A stretch of 42,242 bases of DNA from Nemertoderma westbladi (Eukaryota > Animalia > Xenacoelomorpha). Both the position numbers and the translations under genes were made by a program. This document shows positions 23,734 through 37,000 of this stretch, in pieces. The DNA lies in assembly GCA_032718475.1 (NCBI GenBank), contig JAUCBJ010007741.1, positions 1 through 42,242 of the forward strand, read 5' to 3'. Each line of letters begins with the position of its first letter. The stretch's first letter is position 1. The notes below the pieces were generated by a model. That model saw only the letters and a list, made by a program, of their open reading frames with translations. It had not been told where the DNA came from and ran no database searches.

Positions 23734-23966
23734 GGGTGAGTACAAAACAAAGACCCAAGACCCTCTGTACAAAACAAAGAGGTAAAGTCGACTTAGGTCC
23801 CAAAGAGCGTTAGGTCCCATTGTCATTTAAAGGAGCAGGTTAGTAAAGGGAAAGTGGCTCGTTACAGAGGCGTGTTGGGAGAACCAAAACAATAGGCCTA
23901 AACGAAAGTGAACACATGTGTTTTGTACAGGTAATGAATCATTGGGTCTTTGTTTTGTACTCACCC
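23734..23966. mobile_element. MITE family B (233 bp), MULE-like
   Basis: Perfect 25-bp TIR GGGTGAGTACAAAACAAAGACCCAA. Flanking direct repeat CTGGCCGGTA at 23724-23733 and 23967-23976. Confidence 0.9.
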
Positions 23967-24484
23967 CTGGCCGGTACGTGATGCCGATAGCCCTGCCTAT
24001 ACAGTATACTTATACTTTTATATTACCGGTACAGGTATATTTATTATATATTTTTTTACTTATAGTTTTATATTAGGTATATACCTATTAAGGCCCATGT
24101 TAAGTATACCATAATTTCTACTGTATATTTCACTTTGCAGTTAACTTCCAATGCGAAGAATTTCAGGTTTTCACTAAAAACCCAGGTTACAGAATGGCTG
24201 ACTAACCCTAACTATAAACGAAACGAAGTAGTATATATACAGAAGAGCTATAAAACACTAAAGGGGAAATTAAAAAAAATACAAATTCTTAATTTATAAA
24301 TTTCAAATAAACAGTCAAACGAAAAGTTGATAGTGAACTGGTATTCTTTACATGGGAATTTCTCAATTGATAGCAAACGAACGGATGAAGTGGTAGGCAT
24401 TCACCAGCGGCAGCATAGTGTAAAGATGATAGAAAAAATAAAGTATTGAGGGTCTTTAGCTGGTTATATTATATTAGATAAAGA

Positions 24485-24531
24485 TACAATAGTAAACGTT
24501 TTCGACCTACCGGTCTGCATCAGACTATGTA
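24485..24531 (-). ncRNA. Minimal type-I hammerhead ribozyme-like motif (Penelope-like element type), core variant
   Basis: Minus strand: TACATAGT CTGATGC A GACC GGTA GGTC GAAA ACGTT T ACTATTGTA. Stems I and II and a palindromic stem III all pair. Confidence 0.65.
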
Positions 24532-24674
24532 CTGGCAACTAACAGGAAAAGGTGGGGGTCTATATATATATATAATATAAGTTTTAAAGGGGAATACCTG
24601 ATAGGTGAATCCCAGAAAGGTTAACATGTATGTATGTACTGTATAACGTAAGGTAATTGTGAGAGGGAAAGTAC

Positions 24675-24714
24675 ACCGAGTTAGTTGTAAGCTCTAGCTT
24701 ACAACTAACTCGGT
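24675..24714. repeat. Perfect hairpin, 19-bp arms, 2-nt loop
   Basis: ACCGAGTTAGTTGTAAGCT CT AGCTTACAACTAACTCGGT. Confidence 0.95.
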
Positions 24715-24957
24715 TTCATAATTTCAAATCAAATCAAATCAATCAAAATTTCATACCGGTAGTGTAAATTGTAGCTCGGTCCTGTTTTTTCTGAGATTTT
24801 AACGGATAAATCAACAGACATCCAGACTGGATTTTGCAAAGAAATCACCGACCAAAAAACCACCTTAGCAAAAAATTCCGCAGCTGTGTACTTCCTTAAT
24901 AACATTAATAAAAATAAATATTTTAATTATTACCGGCAGACCGGTACATACATATTG

Positions 24958-25219
24958 CAGATAGGGGGGAAACTGGACGCAATAAAAATTCATCCCTCTC
25001 CAGGGGAAATTGGACGCAAATAACAGATGATTACTCACAAAAATAAAACTGTAACCTGTTCTATTGTGTTTAGGTTTAGTTTATTGTTTTGGTTAAAATA
25101 ACGTGCCACTGTAACCTGCTCCTTTCCCTAAATTGAGAATTTAACATTGAGGCGGGATATTAATTCGCCAAGGCGGGTTTTGCGTCGAGTTTCCCCCCCC
25201 CCCCCCCCCCCCCTGTCTC
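24958..25219. mobile_element. MITE family A, copy 2
   Basis: Internal sequence near-identical to copy 1. Different TSD, ACATATTG, at 24950-24957 and 25220-25227. Confidence 0.88.
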
Positions 25220-25715
25220 ACATATTGACAGTCCGATGGAGAAAGACAATTTTGCGCGAAAAAGTTTAAATTAAAATGGATTTTACACGGAAATATTATT
25301 TCTCGTTTTTGCTCCACTGGTCTTGACATATTGGATATTGATCAACAAAACTTTAGACGGAATTTTTAAAGTTTTAAAGTGTGAGTTTATGTTTTCAGCT
25401 GATAATTTGAAAAAATACTTTTGTCTTGAATTCTTATTGGTCATTATGTCATGATTACTATGTAAAAATATTAAACGATTTTATGGTTGTGGAGTAGCAT
25501 TTACTATATACTGAAAAATCAGAAAACTTTATAAAGAAAATTTGAGGGAAATTCCATTTTTTTCCTTTAAAATGAGTATAATCCCCCCCCCCCCCCCACC
25601 CAACCCCTCTTATTGTTAGTACCGGGACCCATATGTTGATACTTACTGGCCCTTTCATACTAGTTTACAACCAGACAGAAGTTATTATAACTATCTCATC
25701 ACCACAGAAGAGACC

Positions 25716-26193
25716 ATGGCCGTTCCAAACGAGAAGAATTCATTGAATACTGACTCGGACCCGTTGCATAAGGATGGCGGGAAAATCGAATTAAAGAAGA
25801 AAGTGACACTAATCAATGGGGTGGCTCTTATAGTTGGTACCATCATAGGTTCGGGTATATTCCTGAGTCCAACAGGGGTGGCCCAGCAGGTTAACTCTAC
25901 CGGTATGAGTCTGCTAGTCTGGGCCCTGTGCGGGTTCTTCTCTATGATTGGTGCGCTATGTTACTGCGAGCTTGGTACCTCTATACTGAAGTCGGGAGGG
26001 GATTACGCGTATATAAAGACAGCGTGGGGTCCGTTAATGGGTTTCCTTCAGCTGTGGGTCAGTGTGCTTATTGTATTCCCGACATCCATCGCCATTATCG
26101 CGATAATATTCGCCACGAACGTTCTCAAACCGATCTACGGGGATTGTGAACCTGATTCTGAACCTGTTAGGTTGCTGGCTGGTTGTTGTATAG
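25716..26193 (+). CDS. First coding exon of an SLC7 heterodimeric (L-type/y+L/xCT-like) amino acid transporter light chain; remaining exons not seen in the window
   Basis: Kozak ACCATGG. Translation includes LKKKVTLINGVALIVGTIIGSGIFLSP, GMSLLVWALCG, GALCYCELGTSILKSGGDYAYI and KPIYGDC (the Cys that links to the heavy chain). Phase-1 donor AG|GTTAGT at 26193/26194, at the position where vertebrate SLC7 light chains also have an intron. Possible acceptor CACAG at 25707. Confidence 0.92.
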
Positions 26194-26707
26194 GTTAGTA
26201 AACGATGTATATGGAACCAGTTCGTAGCCTCTACTATATTACCACAGGAGTTACATTTTGAATAGAAAACACACAGCCTTATCTGCTTATCACTACATCC
26301 AGTAATGATCTAGTCCTTTAAGAGGCGTCTAAAGAATGTCATTGGTGGTGCACGCACAGCACACCATGATTATTCACTCCATGAGGGCGCCAAAGCACAA
26401 GATTATGCACTGGCTGGTCATCACGGCGAAAGCAATGTCCTGCGTTCAAATGTCGCCAACATCAAGCCATTGGGGGGTTGGGGGGTGGGACTAATGAGAC
26501 TAAGATGGGGGGCGCCAATATTATATAGTATCTGGTTGGAGATGTGTGCAAGTGCATTGTACTTTACACAATGAACCCGACTTATTATTGTGAATGAGCC
26601 ATCCAGAGATTTGGTGTCCTCAGCAGTTAGAGCTGGTTCTACTGCTGCTCTAAATAATCAGACCTAAGGCTAATAATTAATTTGATGTTTTCTATGAGAG
26701 TTCCAGT

Positions 26708-26744
26708 TGTGTGTGTGGTTGTTCAGTAAACAACCACACACACA
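26708..26744. repeat. Hairpin, 16-bp arms, partly (TG)n/(CA)n
   Basis: TGTGTGTGTGGTTGTT CAGTA AACAACCACACACACA. Confidence 0.8.
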
Positions 26745-27413
26745 CACCCGACCCCCCCCCCCCCAAATTGAAAAATGATGCGTGTGTGGTTGTCTGACCA
26801 CTTTGGGCTTCCGTAACTTTCTGTATAAACTTACATTATAATGAAGTCGGCTTCCCCTTCCACCGCCTACACACTGTGTGAATTTTATTTAATCTCACTC
26901 AGTAATCCCTCTCACGACCCCAACGGCCTCTATTCTTCCTACATTTAAAGTAGCACATGGTTGCATTATATCTGTATTATGTGTAAAGCCCTCATAGAAT
27001 AAATTACTTCAATGATTTACAGCCCAAGTATAAACCTAGGCACTAAATTGCTTATATGATTTGCCCAACAACAGCCATGTCGCATGTGGCTATAGCCAAC
27101 CACCCCTAAATTGGCTTGTAAATTAATTCTTTAGAAATTTCTCAAAGGAGTTTCTATCGATTTGGTGAGGAATTCTACATCGATCGCTTCTCTGCTTTGT
27201 GGTTTCGTTTCTAATTACCGATCCGACTACAGAAGAAGCCCTTTAGTTAAAAACATAAATAATGCCAAGGACCTTCTCAACAGGCAATAACAATATGTCA
27301 AACACACCCTGAATAAATTGTTATTATACTGGAGTTTATATTCAGGTTCAAATAGCCCCTGTAATAAACTGTGGTACGGTAAGAAGTAATAATAATAAAT
27401 GAATTGTTGTGGG

Positions 27414-27637
27414 ATAGCGAAAAATATCAACCGACCCTATTGGGGCTCGAACCCGGTACCTAGGTTTCAAATAACTTCCGGTTATCTTCGTTGTACTTTC
27501 CGTAGTTGGCCTAAATGTGATATCCCACTCCATATCGAATTCTTCATCTGATCTGGTAGCTCAGTACACTCACACTGCTGATGATAACCGTTAGTTTGAA
27601 ACCTATGTACCGGGTTCGAGCCCCAATTTTTCGCTAT
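27414..27637. mobile_element. Foldback element with a Pol III B-box in both arms
   Basis: 27440-27471 vs 27595-27626 are inverted (31/32), plus terminal ATAGCGAAAAAT/ATTTTTCGCTAT. GGGTTCGAGCCC is present in each arm. Confidence 0.7.
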
Positions 27638-28016
27638 GGAGAGCATTATCATACTGGGGGGCGAGCCACGCATATCATATTGTCATATTACATTATTATA
27701 ATGGTATTTATTCTTCCCCGTGAAGATCATAAGAATATTATATTATTATTTAATGATGATTTATTTCCCTAAATAGTTCTGCAACATTGTTTATTTCCCT
27801 TACAGCTGCTTTATCGTGTTTGTATTACACTTAATTAAATATCCCATGGTATAATTAATTTTGTTATAAATACTCCCAACCCAATCGGGGAAATGCCTAA
27901 AACTTATTAAAATATAATCACATAAAATTATAGAAACACGGAAAATTAAATATGACCATGACCATTTACTCATTTACTTTGTTCACCTACAATCTTCTAC
28001 TTTACTTTCATATCTA

Positions 28017-31000
28017 TACTTTATTCCCCCAACCACTCCCTACTTTATTCCCCCAACCACTCCTTACTTTATTCCCCCAACCACTCCTTACTTTATTCCC
28101 CCAACCACTCCTTACTTTATTTCCCCAACCACCCCCTACTTCATTCCCCCAACAACTCCTTACTTTATTCCCCCAACCACTCCTTACTTTATTTCCCCAA
28201 CCACCCCCTACTTCATTCCCCCAACAACTCCTTACTTTATTTCCCCAACCACTCCTTACTTTATTCCCCCAACCCCTCCTTACTTTATTCCCCCAACCAC
28301 TCCTTACTTTATTCCCCCAACCACTCCTTACTTTATTCCCCCAACCACTCCTTACTTTATTTCCCCAACCACCCCCTACTTCATTCCCCCAACAACTCCT
28401 TACTTTATTTCCCCAACCACTCCTTACTTTATTCCCCCAACCACTCCTTACTTTATTCCCCCAACCACTCCTTACTTTATTTCCCCAACCACTCCTTACT
28501 TTATTCCCCCAACCACTCCTTACTTTATTCCCCCAACCACTCCTTACTTTATTCCCCCAACCACTCCTTACTTTATTTCCCTAACCACTCCTTACTTTAT
28601 TCCTAGGGATTCTCTCCTTTATTTTATTCCCCCAACCACTCCTTACTTTATTCCCCCAACCCCTCCTTACTTTATTCCCCCAACCACTCCTTACTTTATT
28701 CCCCCAACCACTCCTTACTTTATTCCCCCAACCACTCCTTACTTTATTTCCCCAACCACCCCCTACTTCATTCCCCCAACAACTCCTTACTTTATTTCCC
28801 CAACCACTCCTTACTTTATTCCCCCAACCACTCCTTACTTTATTCCCCCAACCACTCCTTACTTTATTACCCCAACCACTCCTTACTTTATTTCCCCAAC
28901 CACTCCTTACTTTATTCCCCCAACTACTCCTTACTTTATTCCCCCAACCACTCCTTACTTTATTTCCCCAACCACTTCTTACTTTATTTCCCCACCCACT
29001 CCTTACTTTATTCCTTTGGTATTATCTTCTTTACTTTATTTCTCCAACCACTCCTTACTTTATTACCCCAACCACTCCATACTTTATTCCCCCAACCACT
29101 CCTTACTTTATTCCCCCAACCACTCCTTACTTTATTCCCACAACCACTCCTTACTTTATTCCCCCAACCACTCCTTACTTTATTACCCCAACCACTCCTT
29201 ACTTTATTTCCCCAACCACTCCTTACTTTATTCCCCCAACCACTCCTTAGTTTATTCCCCCAACCACTCCCTACTTTATTCCCCCAACCACTCCTTAATT
29301 TATTCCCCCAACCACTCCTTACTTTATTCCCCCAACCACTCCTTACTTTATTCCCCCAACCACTCCTTACTTTATTTCCCCAACCACTCCCTACTTCATT
29401 CCCCCAACCACTCCTTACTTTATTTCCCCAACCACTCCTTACTTTATTCCCCCAACCACTCCTTACTTTATTCCCCCAACCACTCCTTACTTTATTACCC
29501 CAACCACTCCTTACTTTATTTCCCCAACCACTCCTTACTTTATTCCCCCAACCACTCCTTACTTTATTCCCCCAACCACTCCTTACTTTATTTCCCCAAC
29601 CACTCCTTACTTTATTTCCCCACCCACTCCTTACTTTATTCCTTTTGTATTATCTTCTTTACTTTATTTCTCCAACCACTCCTTACTTTATTACCCCAAC
29701 CACTCCTTACTTTATTCCCCCAACCACTCCTTACTTTATTCCCCCAACCACTCCTTACTTTATTACCCCAACCACTCCTTACTTTATTTCCCCAACCACT
29801 CCTTACTTTATTCCCCCAACCACTCCTTACTTTATTACCCCAACCACTCCTTACTTTATTTCCCCAACCACTCCTTACTTTATTCCCCCAACCACTCCTT
29901 AGTTTATTCCCCCAACCACTCCTTACTTTATTCCCCCAACCACTCCTTACTTTATTCCCCCAACCACTCCTTACTTTATTCCCCCAACCACTCCTTAGTT
30001 TATCCCCCCAACCACTCCTTACTTTATTTCCATAACCACTCCTTACTTTATTACCCCAACCACTCCTTACTTTATTCCCCCAACCACTCCTTACTTTATT
30101 CCCCCAACCACTCCTTACTTTATTTCCCCAACCACTCCTTACTTTATTCCCCCAACCACTCCTTACTTTATTCCCCCAACCACTCCTTACTTTATTCCCC
30201 CAACCACTCCTTACTTTATTCCCCCAACCACTCCTTAGTTTATCCCCCCAACCACTCCTTACTTTATTTCCCTAACCACTCCTTACCTTATTACCCCAAC
30301 CACTCCTTACTTTATTCCCCCAACCACTCCTTACTTTATTCCCCCAACCACTCCTTACTTTATTCCCCCAACCACTCCTTACTTTATTTCCCTAACCACT
30401 CCTTACTTTATTCCCCCAACCACTCCTTACTTTATTCCCCCAACCCCTCCTTACTTTATTTCCCTAACCACTCCTTACTTTATTCCTCCAACCACTCCTT
30501 ACTTTATTTCCCTAACCACTCCTTACTTTATTCCCCCAACCACTCCTTACTTTATTCCCCCAACCACTCCTTAGTTTATTCCCTCAACCCCTCCTTACTT
30601 TATTTCCCTAACCACTCCTTACTTTATTACCCCAACCACTCCCTACTTTATTCCCCCAACCACTCCTTACTTTATTCCCCCAACCACTCCTTACTTTATT
30701 TCCCTAACCACTCCTTACTTTATTCCCCCAACCACTCCTTACTTTATTCCCCCAACCACTCCTTACTTTATTCCCCCAACCACTCCTTACTTTATTCCCC
30801 CAACCACTCCTTACTTTATTCCCCCAACCACTCCTTACTTTATTCCCCCAACCACTCCTTACTTTATTTCCCTAACCACTCCTTACTTTATTCCCCCAAC
30901 CACTCCTTACTTTATTCCCCCCAACCCCTCCTTACTTTATTTCCCTAACCACTCCTTACTTTATTCCCCCATCCACTCCTTACTTTATTTCCCCAACCAC

Positions 31001-34000
31001 TCCTTACTTTATTCCCCCAACCACTCCTTACTTTATTTCCCCAACCACTCCTTACTTTATTCCCCCAACCACTCCTTACTTTATTCCCCCAACCACTCCT
31101 TAGTTTATCCCCCCAACCACTCCTTACTTTATTCCCCCAACCACTCCTTACTTTATTTCCCCAACCACTCCTTACTTTATTCCCCCAACCACTCCTTACT
31201 TTATTCCCCCAACCACTCCTTACTTTATTTCCCCAACCACTCCTTACTTTATTCCCCCAACCACTCCTTAGTTTATTCCCCCAACCACTCCTTACTTTAT
31301 TCCCCCAACCACTCCTTACTTTATTCCCCCAACCACTCCTTACTTTATTCCCCCAACCACTCCTTAGTTTATCCCCCCAACCACTCCTTACTTTATTTCC
31401 ATAACCACTCCTTACTTTATTACCCCAACCACTCCTTACTTTATTCCCCCAACCACTCCTTACTTTATTTCCCTAACCACTCCTTACTTTATTACCCCAA
31501 CCACTCCCTACTTTATTCCCCCAACCACTCCTTACTTTATTCCCCCATCCACTCCTTACTTTATTTCCCCAACCACTCCTTACTTTATTCCCCCAACCAC
31601 TCCTTACTTTATTTCCCCAACCACTCCTTACTTTATTCCCCCAACCACTCCTTAGTTTATCCCCCCAACCACTCCTTACTTTATTCCCCCAACCACTCCT
31701 TACTTTATTCCCCCAACCACTCCTTACTTTATTCCCCCAACCACTCCTTACTTTATTCCCCCAACCACTCCTTACTTTATTCCCCCAACCACTCCTTACT
31801 TTATTCCCCCAACCACTCCTTACTTTATTCCCCCAACCACTCCTTACTTTATTTCCCTAACCACTCCTTACTTTATTCCCCCAACCACTCCTTACTTTAT
31901 TCCCCCAACCCCTCCTTACTTTATTTCCCTAACCACTCCTTACTTTATTCCTCCAACCACTCCTTACTTTATTTCCCTAACCACTCCTTACTTTATTCCC
32001 CCAACCACTCCTTACTTTATTCCCCCAACCACTCCTTACTTTATTACCCCAACCACTCCCTACTTTATTCCCCCAACCACTCCTTACTTTATTCCCCCAA
32101 CCACTCCTTACTTTATTCCCCCAACCACTCCTTAGTTTATTCCCTCAACCCCTCCTTACTTTATTTCCCTAACCACTCCTTACTTTATTTCCCTAACCAC
32201 TCCTTACTTTATTCCCCCAACCACTCCTTACTTTATTCCCCCAACCACTCCTTAGTTTATTCCCCCAACCCCTCCTTACTTTACTTCCCTAACCATTCCT
32301 TACTTTATTCCCCCATCCACTCCTTACTTTATTTCCCCAACCACTCCTTACTTTATTCCCCCAACCACTCCTTACTTTATTTCCCCAACCACTCCTTACT
32401 TTATTCCCCCAACCACTCCTTAGTTTATCCCCCCAACCACTCCTTACTTTATTCCCCCAACCAATCCTTACTTTATTCCCCCAACCACTCCTTACTTTAT
32501 TCCTAGGTATTCTCTCCTTTATTTTATTTCCCTAACCACTCCTTACTTTATTCCTAGGTATTCTCTCCTTTGCTTTATTTCCCCAACCACTCCCTACTTT
32601 ATTTCCCCAACCACTCCCTACTTTATTCCCCCAACCAATCATTACTTTATCCCCCCAACCACTCCTTACTTTATTCCCCCAACCACTCCTTACTTCATTC
32701 CCCCAACAACTCCTTACTTTATTCCCCCAACCACTCCTTACTTCATTCCCCCAACAACTCCTTACTTTATTCCCCCAACCACTCCTTACTTTATTCCCCC
32801 AACCACTCCTTACTTTATTACCCCAACCACTCCTTACTTTATTTCCCCAACCACTCCTTACTTTATTCCCCCAACCACTCCTTACTTTATTTCCCCAACC
32901 ACTCCTTACTTTATTTTATTCCCCCAACCACTCCTTACTTTATTCCCCCAACCACTCCTTACTTTATTTTATTCCCCCAACCACTCCTTACTTTATTCCC
33001 CCAACCACTCCTTACTTTATTCCCCCAACCACTCCTTACTTTATTTTATTCCCCCAACCACTCCTTACTTTATTCCCCCAACCACTCCTTACTTTATTCC
33101 CCCAACCACTCCTTACTTTATTTTATTCCCCCAACCACTCCTTACTTTATTCCCCCAACCACTCCTTACTTTATTTTATTCCCCCAACCACTCCTTACTT
33201 TATTCCCCCAACCACTCCTTACTTTATTCCCCCAACCACTCCTTACTTTATTCCCCCAACCACTCCTTACTTTATTTTATTCCCCCAACCACTCCTTACT
33301 TTATTCCCCCAACCACTCCTTACTTTATTCCCCCAACCACTCCTTACTTTATTCCCCCAACCACTCCTTAGTTTATCCCCCCAACCACTCCTTACTTTAT
33401 TCCTAGGTATTCTCTCCTTTGCTTTATTTCCCCAACCACTCCCTACTTTATTTCCCCAACCAATCCTTACTTTATTCCCCCAACCACTCCTTACTTTATT
33501 TCCCTAACCACTCCTTACGTTATTCCTAGGGATTATCACCTTTATTTTATTTCCCCAACCACTCCCTACTTTCTTTCCCCAACCACTCCTTACTTTATTC
33601 CTAGGTATTCTCTCCTTTGCTTTATTTCCCCAACCACTCCCTACTTTATTTCCCCAACCAATCCTTACTTTATTCCCCCAACCACTCCTTACTTTATTCC
33701 CCCAACCACTCCTTACTTTATTTCCCCAACCACTCCCTACTTTCTTTCCCTAACCACTCCTTACTTTATTCCTAGGGATTCTCACCTTTATTTTATTTCC
33801 CCAACCACTCCCTACTTTATTTCCCCAACCAATCCTTACTTTATTCCCCCAACCACTCCTTACTTTATTTCCCTAACCACTCCTTACTTTATTCCTAGGG
33901 ATTCTCACCTTTATTTTATTTCCCCAACCACTCCCTACTTTCTTTCCCCAACCACTCCTTACTTTATTCCTAGGTATTCTCTCCTTTGCTTTATTTCCCC

Positions 34001-37000
34001 AACCACTCCCTACTTTATTTCCCCAACCAATCCTTACTTTATTCCCCCAACCACTCCTTACTTTATTCCCCCAACCACTCCTTACTTTATTTCCCCAACC
34101 ACTTCTTACTTTATTTCCCTAACCACTCCTTACTTTATTCCTAGGGATTCTCACCTTTATTTTATTTCCCCAACCACTCCCTACTTTCTTTCCCTAACCA
34201 CTCCTTACTTTATTCCTAGGGATTCTCACCTTTATTTTATTTCCCCAACCACTCCCTACTTTCTTTCCCCAACCACTCCTTACTTTATTCCTAGGGATTT
34301 TCTCCTTTATTTTATCCCCCCAACCACTCCTTACTTTATTCCCCCAACCCCTCCTTACTTTATTTCCCCAACCACTCCTTACTTTATTCCTAGGTATTCT
34401 CTCCTTTGCTTTATTTCCCCAACCACTCCCTACTTTATTTCCCCAACCAATCCTTACTTTATTCCCCCAACCACTCCTTACTTTATTTCCCTAACCACTC
34501 CTTACTTTATTCCTAGGGATTCTCACCTTTATTTTATTTCCCCAACCACTCCCTACTTTCTTTCCCCAACCACTCCTTACTTTATTCCTAGGGATTTTCT
34601 CCTTTATTTTATTCCCCCAACCACTCCTTACTTTATTCCCCCAACCCCTCCTTACTTTATTTCCCTAACCACTCCTTACTTTATTCCTAGGGATTCTCTC
34701 CTTTATTTTATTCCCCCAACCACTCCTTACTTTATTCCCCCAACCCCTCCTTACTTTATTCCCCCAACCACTCCTTACTTTATTCCCCCAACCACTCCTT
34801 ACTTTATTCCTAGGGATTCTCACCTTTATTTTATTTCCCCAACCACTCCCTACTTTCTTTCCCCAACCACTCCTTACTTTATTCCTAGGGATTTTCTCCT
34901 TTATTTTATTCCCCCAACCACTCCTTACTTTATTCCCCCAACCCCTCCTTACTTTATTTCCCTAACCACTCCTTACTTTATTCCTAGGGATTCTCTCCTT
35001 TATTTTATTCCCCCAACCACTCCTTACTTTATTTCCCCAACCACTCCCTACTTTCTTTCCCCAACCACTCCTTACTTTATTCCTAGGGATTTTCTCCTTT
35101 ATTTTATCCCCCCAACCACTCCTTACTTTATTCCCCCAACCACTCCTTACTTTATTCCCCCAACCACTCCTTACTTTATTCCCCCAACCACTCCTTAGTT
35201 TATCCCCCCAACCACTCCTTACTTTATTTCCATAACCACTCCTTACTTTATTCCCCCAGCCACTCCTTAGTTTATTCCCCCAACCACTCCTTACTTTATT
35301 CCCCCAACCACTCCTTACTTTATTTCCCCAACCACTCCTTACTTTATTCCCCCAACCACTCCTTAGTTTATCCCCCCAACCACTCCTTACTTTATTTCCC
35401 TAACCACTCCTTACTTTATTACCCCAACCACTCCTTACTTTATTCCCCCAACCACTCCTTACTTTATTCCCCCAACCACTCCTTACTTTATTCCCCCAAC
35501 CACTCCTTACTTTATTCCCCCAACCACTCCTTAGTTTATCCCCCCAACCACTCCCTACTTTATTCCCCCAACCACTCCTTACTTTATTCCCCCAACCACT
35601 CCTTACTTTATTTCCCTAACCACTCCTTACTTTATTCCCCCAACCACTCCTTACTTTATTCCCCCCAACCCCTCCTTACTTTATTTCCCTAACCACTCCT
35701 TACTTTATTCCTCCAACCACTCCTTACTTTATTTCCCTAACCACTCCTTACTTTATTCCCCCAACCACTCCTTACTTTATTCCCCCAACCACTCCTTACT
35801 TTATTACCCCAACCACTCCTTACTTTATTCCCCCAACCACTCCTTACTTTATTCCCCCAACCACTCCTTACTTTATTCCCCCAACCACTCCTTACTTTAT
35901 TCCCCCAACCACTCCTTAGTTTATTCCCTCAACCCCTCCTTACTTTATTTCCCTAACCACTCCTTACTTTATTTCCCTAACCACTCCTTACTTTATTCCC
36001 CCAACCACTCCTTACTTTATTCCCCCAACCACTCCTTAGTTTATTCCCCCAACCCCTCCTTACTTTACTTCCCTAACCACTCCTTACTTTATTCCCCCAT
36101 CCACTCCTTACTTTATTTCCCCAACCACTCCTTACTTTATTCCCCCAACCACTCCTTACTTTATTTCCCCAACCACTCCTTACTTTATTCCCCCAACCAC
36201 TCCTTAGTTTATCCCCCCAACCACTCCTTACTTTATTCCCCCAACCAATCCTTACTTTATTCCCCCAACCACTCCTTACTTTATTCCTAGGTATTCTCTC
36301 CTTTATTTTATTTCCCTAACCACTCCTTACTTTATTCCTAGGTATTCTCTCCTTTGCTTTATTTCCCCAACCACTCCCTACTTTATTTCCCCAACCACTC
36401 CCTACTTTATTCTCCCAACCAATCATTACTTTATCCCCCCAACCACTCCTTACTTTATTCCCCCAACCACTCCTTACTTCATTCCCCCAACAACTCCTTA
36501 CTTTATTCCCCCCAACCACTCCTTACTTCATTCCCCCAACAACTCCTTACTTTATTCCCCCAACCACTCCTTACTTTATTCCCCCAACCACTCCTTACTT
36601 TATTACCCCAACCACTCCTTACTTTATTCCCCCAACCACTCCTTACTTTATTCCCCCAACCACTCCTTACTTTATTTCCCCAACCACTCCTTACTTTATT
36701 TTATTCCCCCAACCACTCCTTACTTTATTCCCCCAACCACTCCTTACTTTATTTTATTCCCCCAACCACTCCTTACTTTATTCCCCCAACCACTCCTTAC
36801 TTTATTCCCCCAACCACTCCTTACTTTATTTTATTCCCCCAACCACTCCTTACTTTATTCCCCCAACCACTCCTTACTTTATTTTATTCCCCCAACCACT
36901 CCTTACTTTATTCCCCCAACCACTCCTTACTTTATTCCCCCAACCACTCCTTACTTTATTCCCCCAACCACTCCTTACTTTATTTTATTCCCCCAACCAC

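Noticed and set aside
25716-26198. Complete 160-aa protein as in the ORF track
   Set aside because: The stop codon lies inside the intron after the donor at 26194; SLC7 light chains are about 500 aa.
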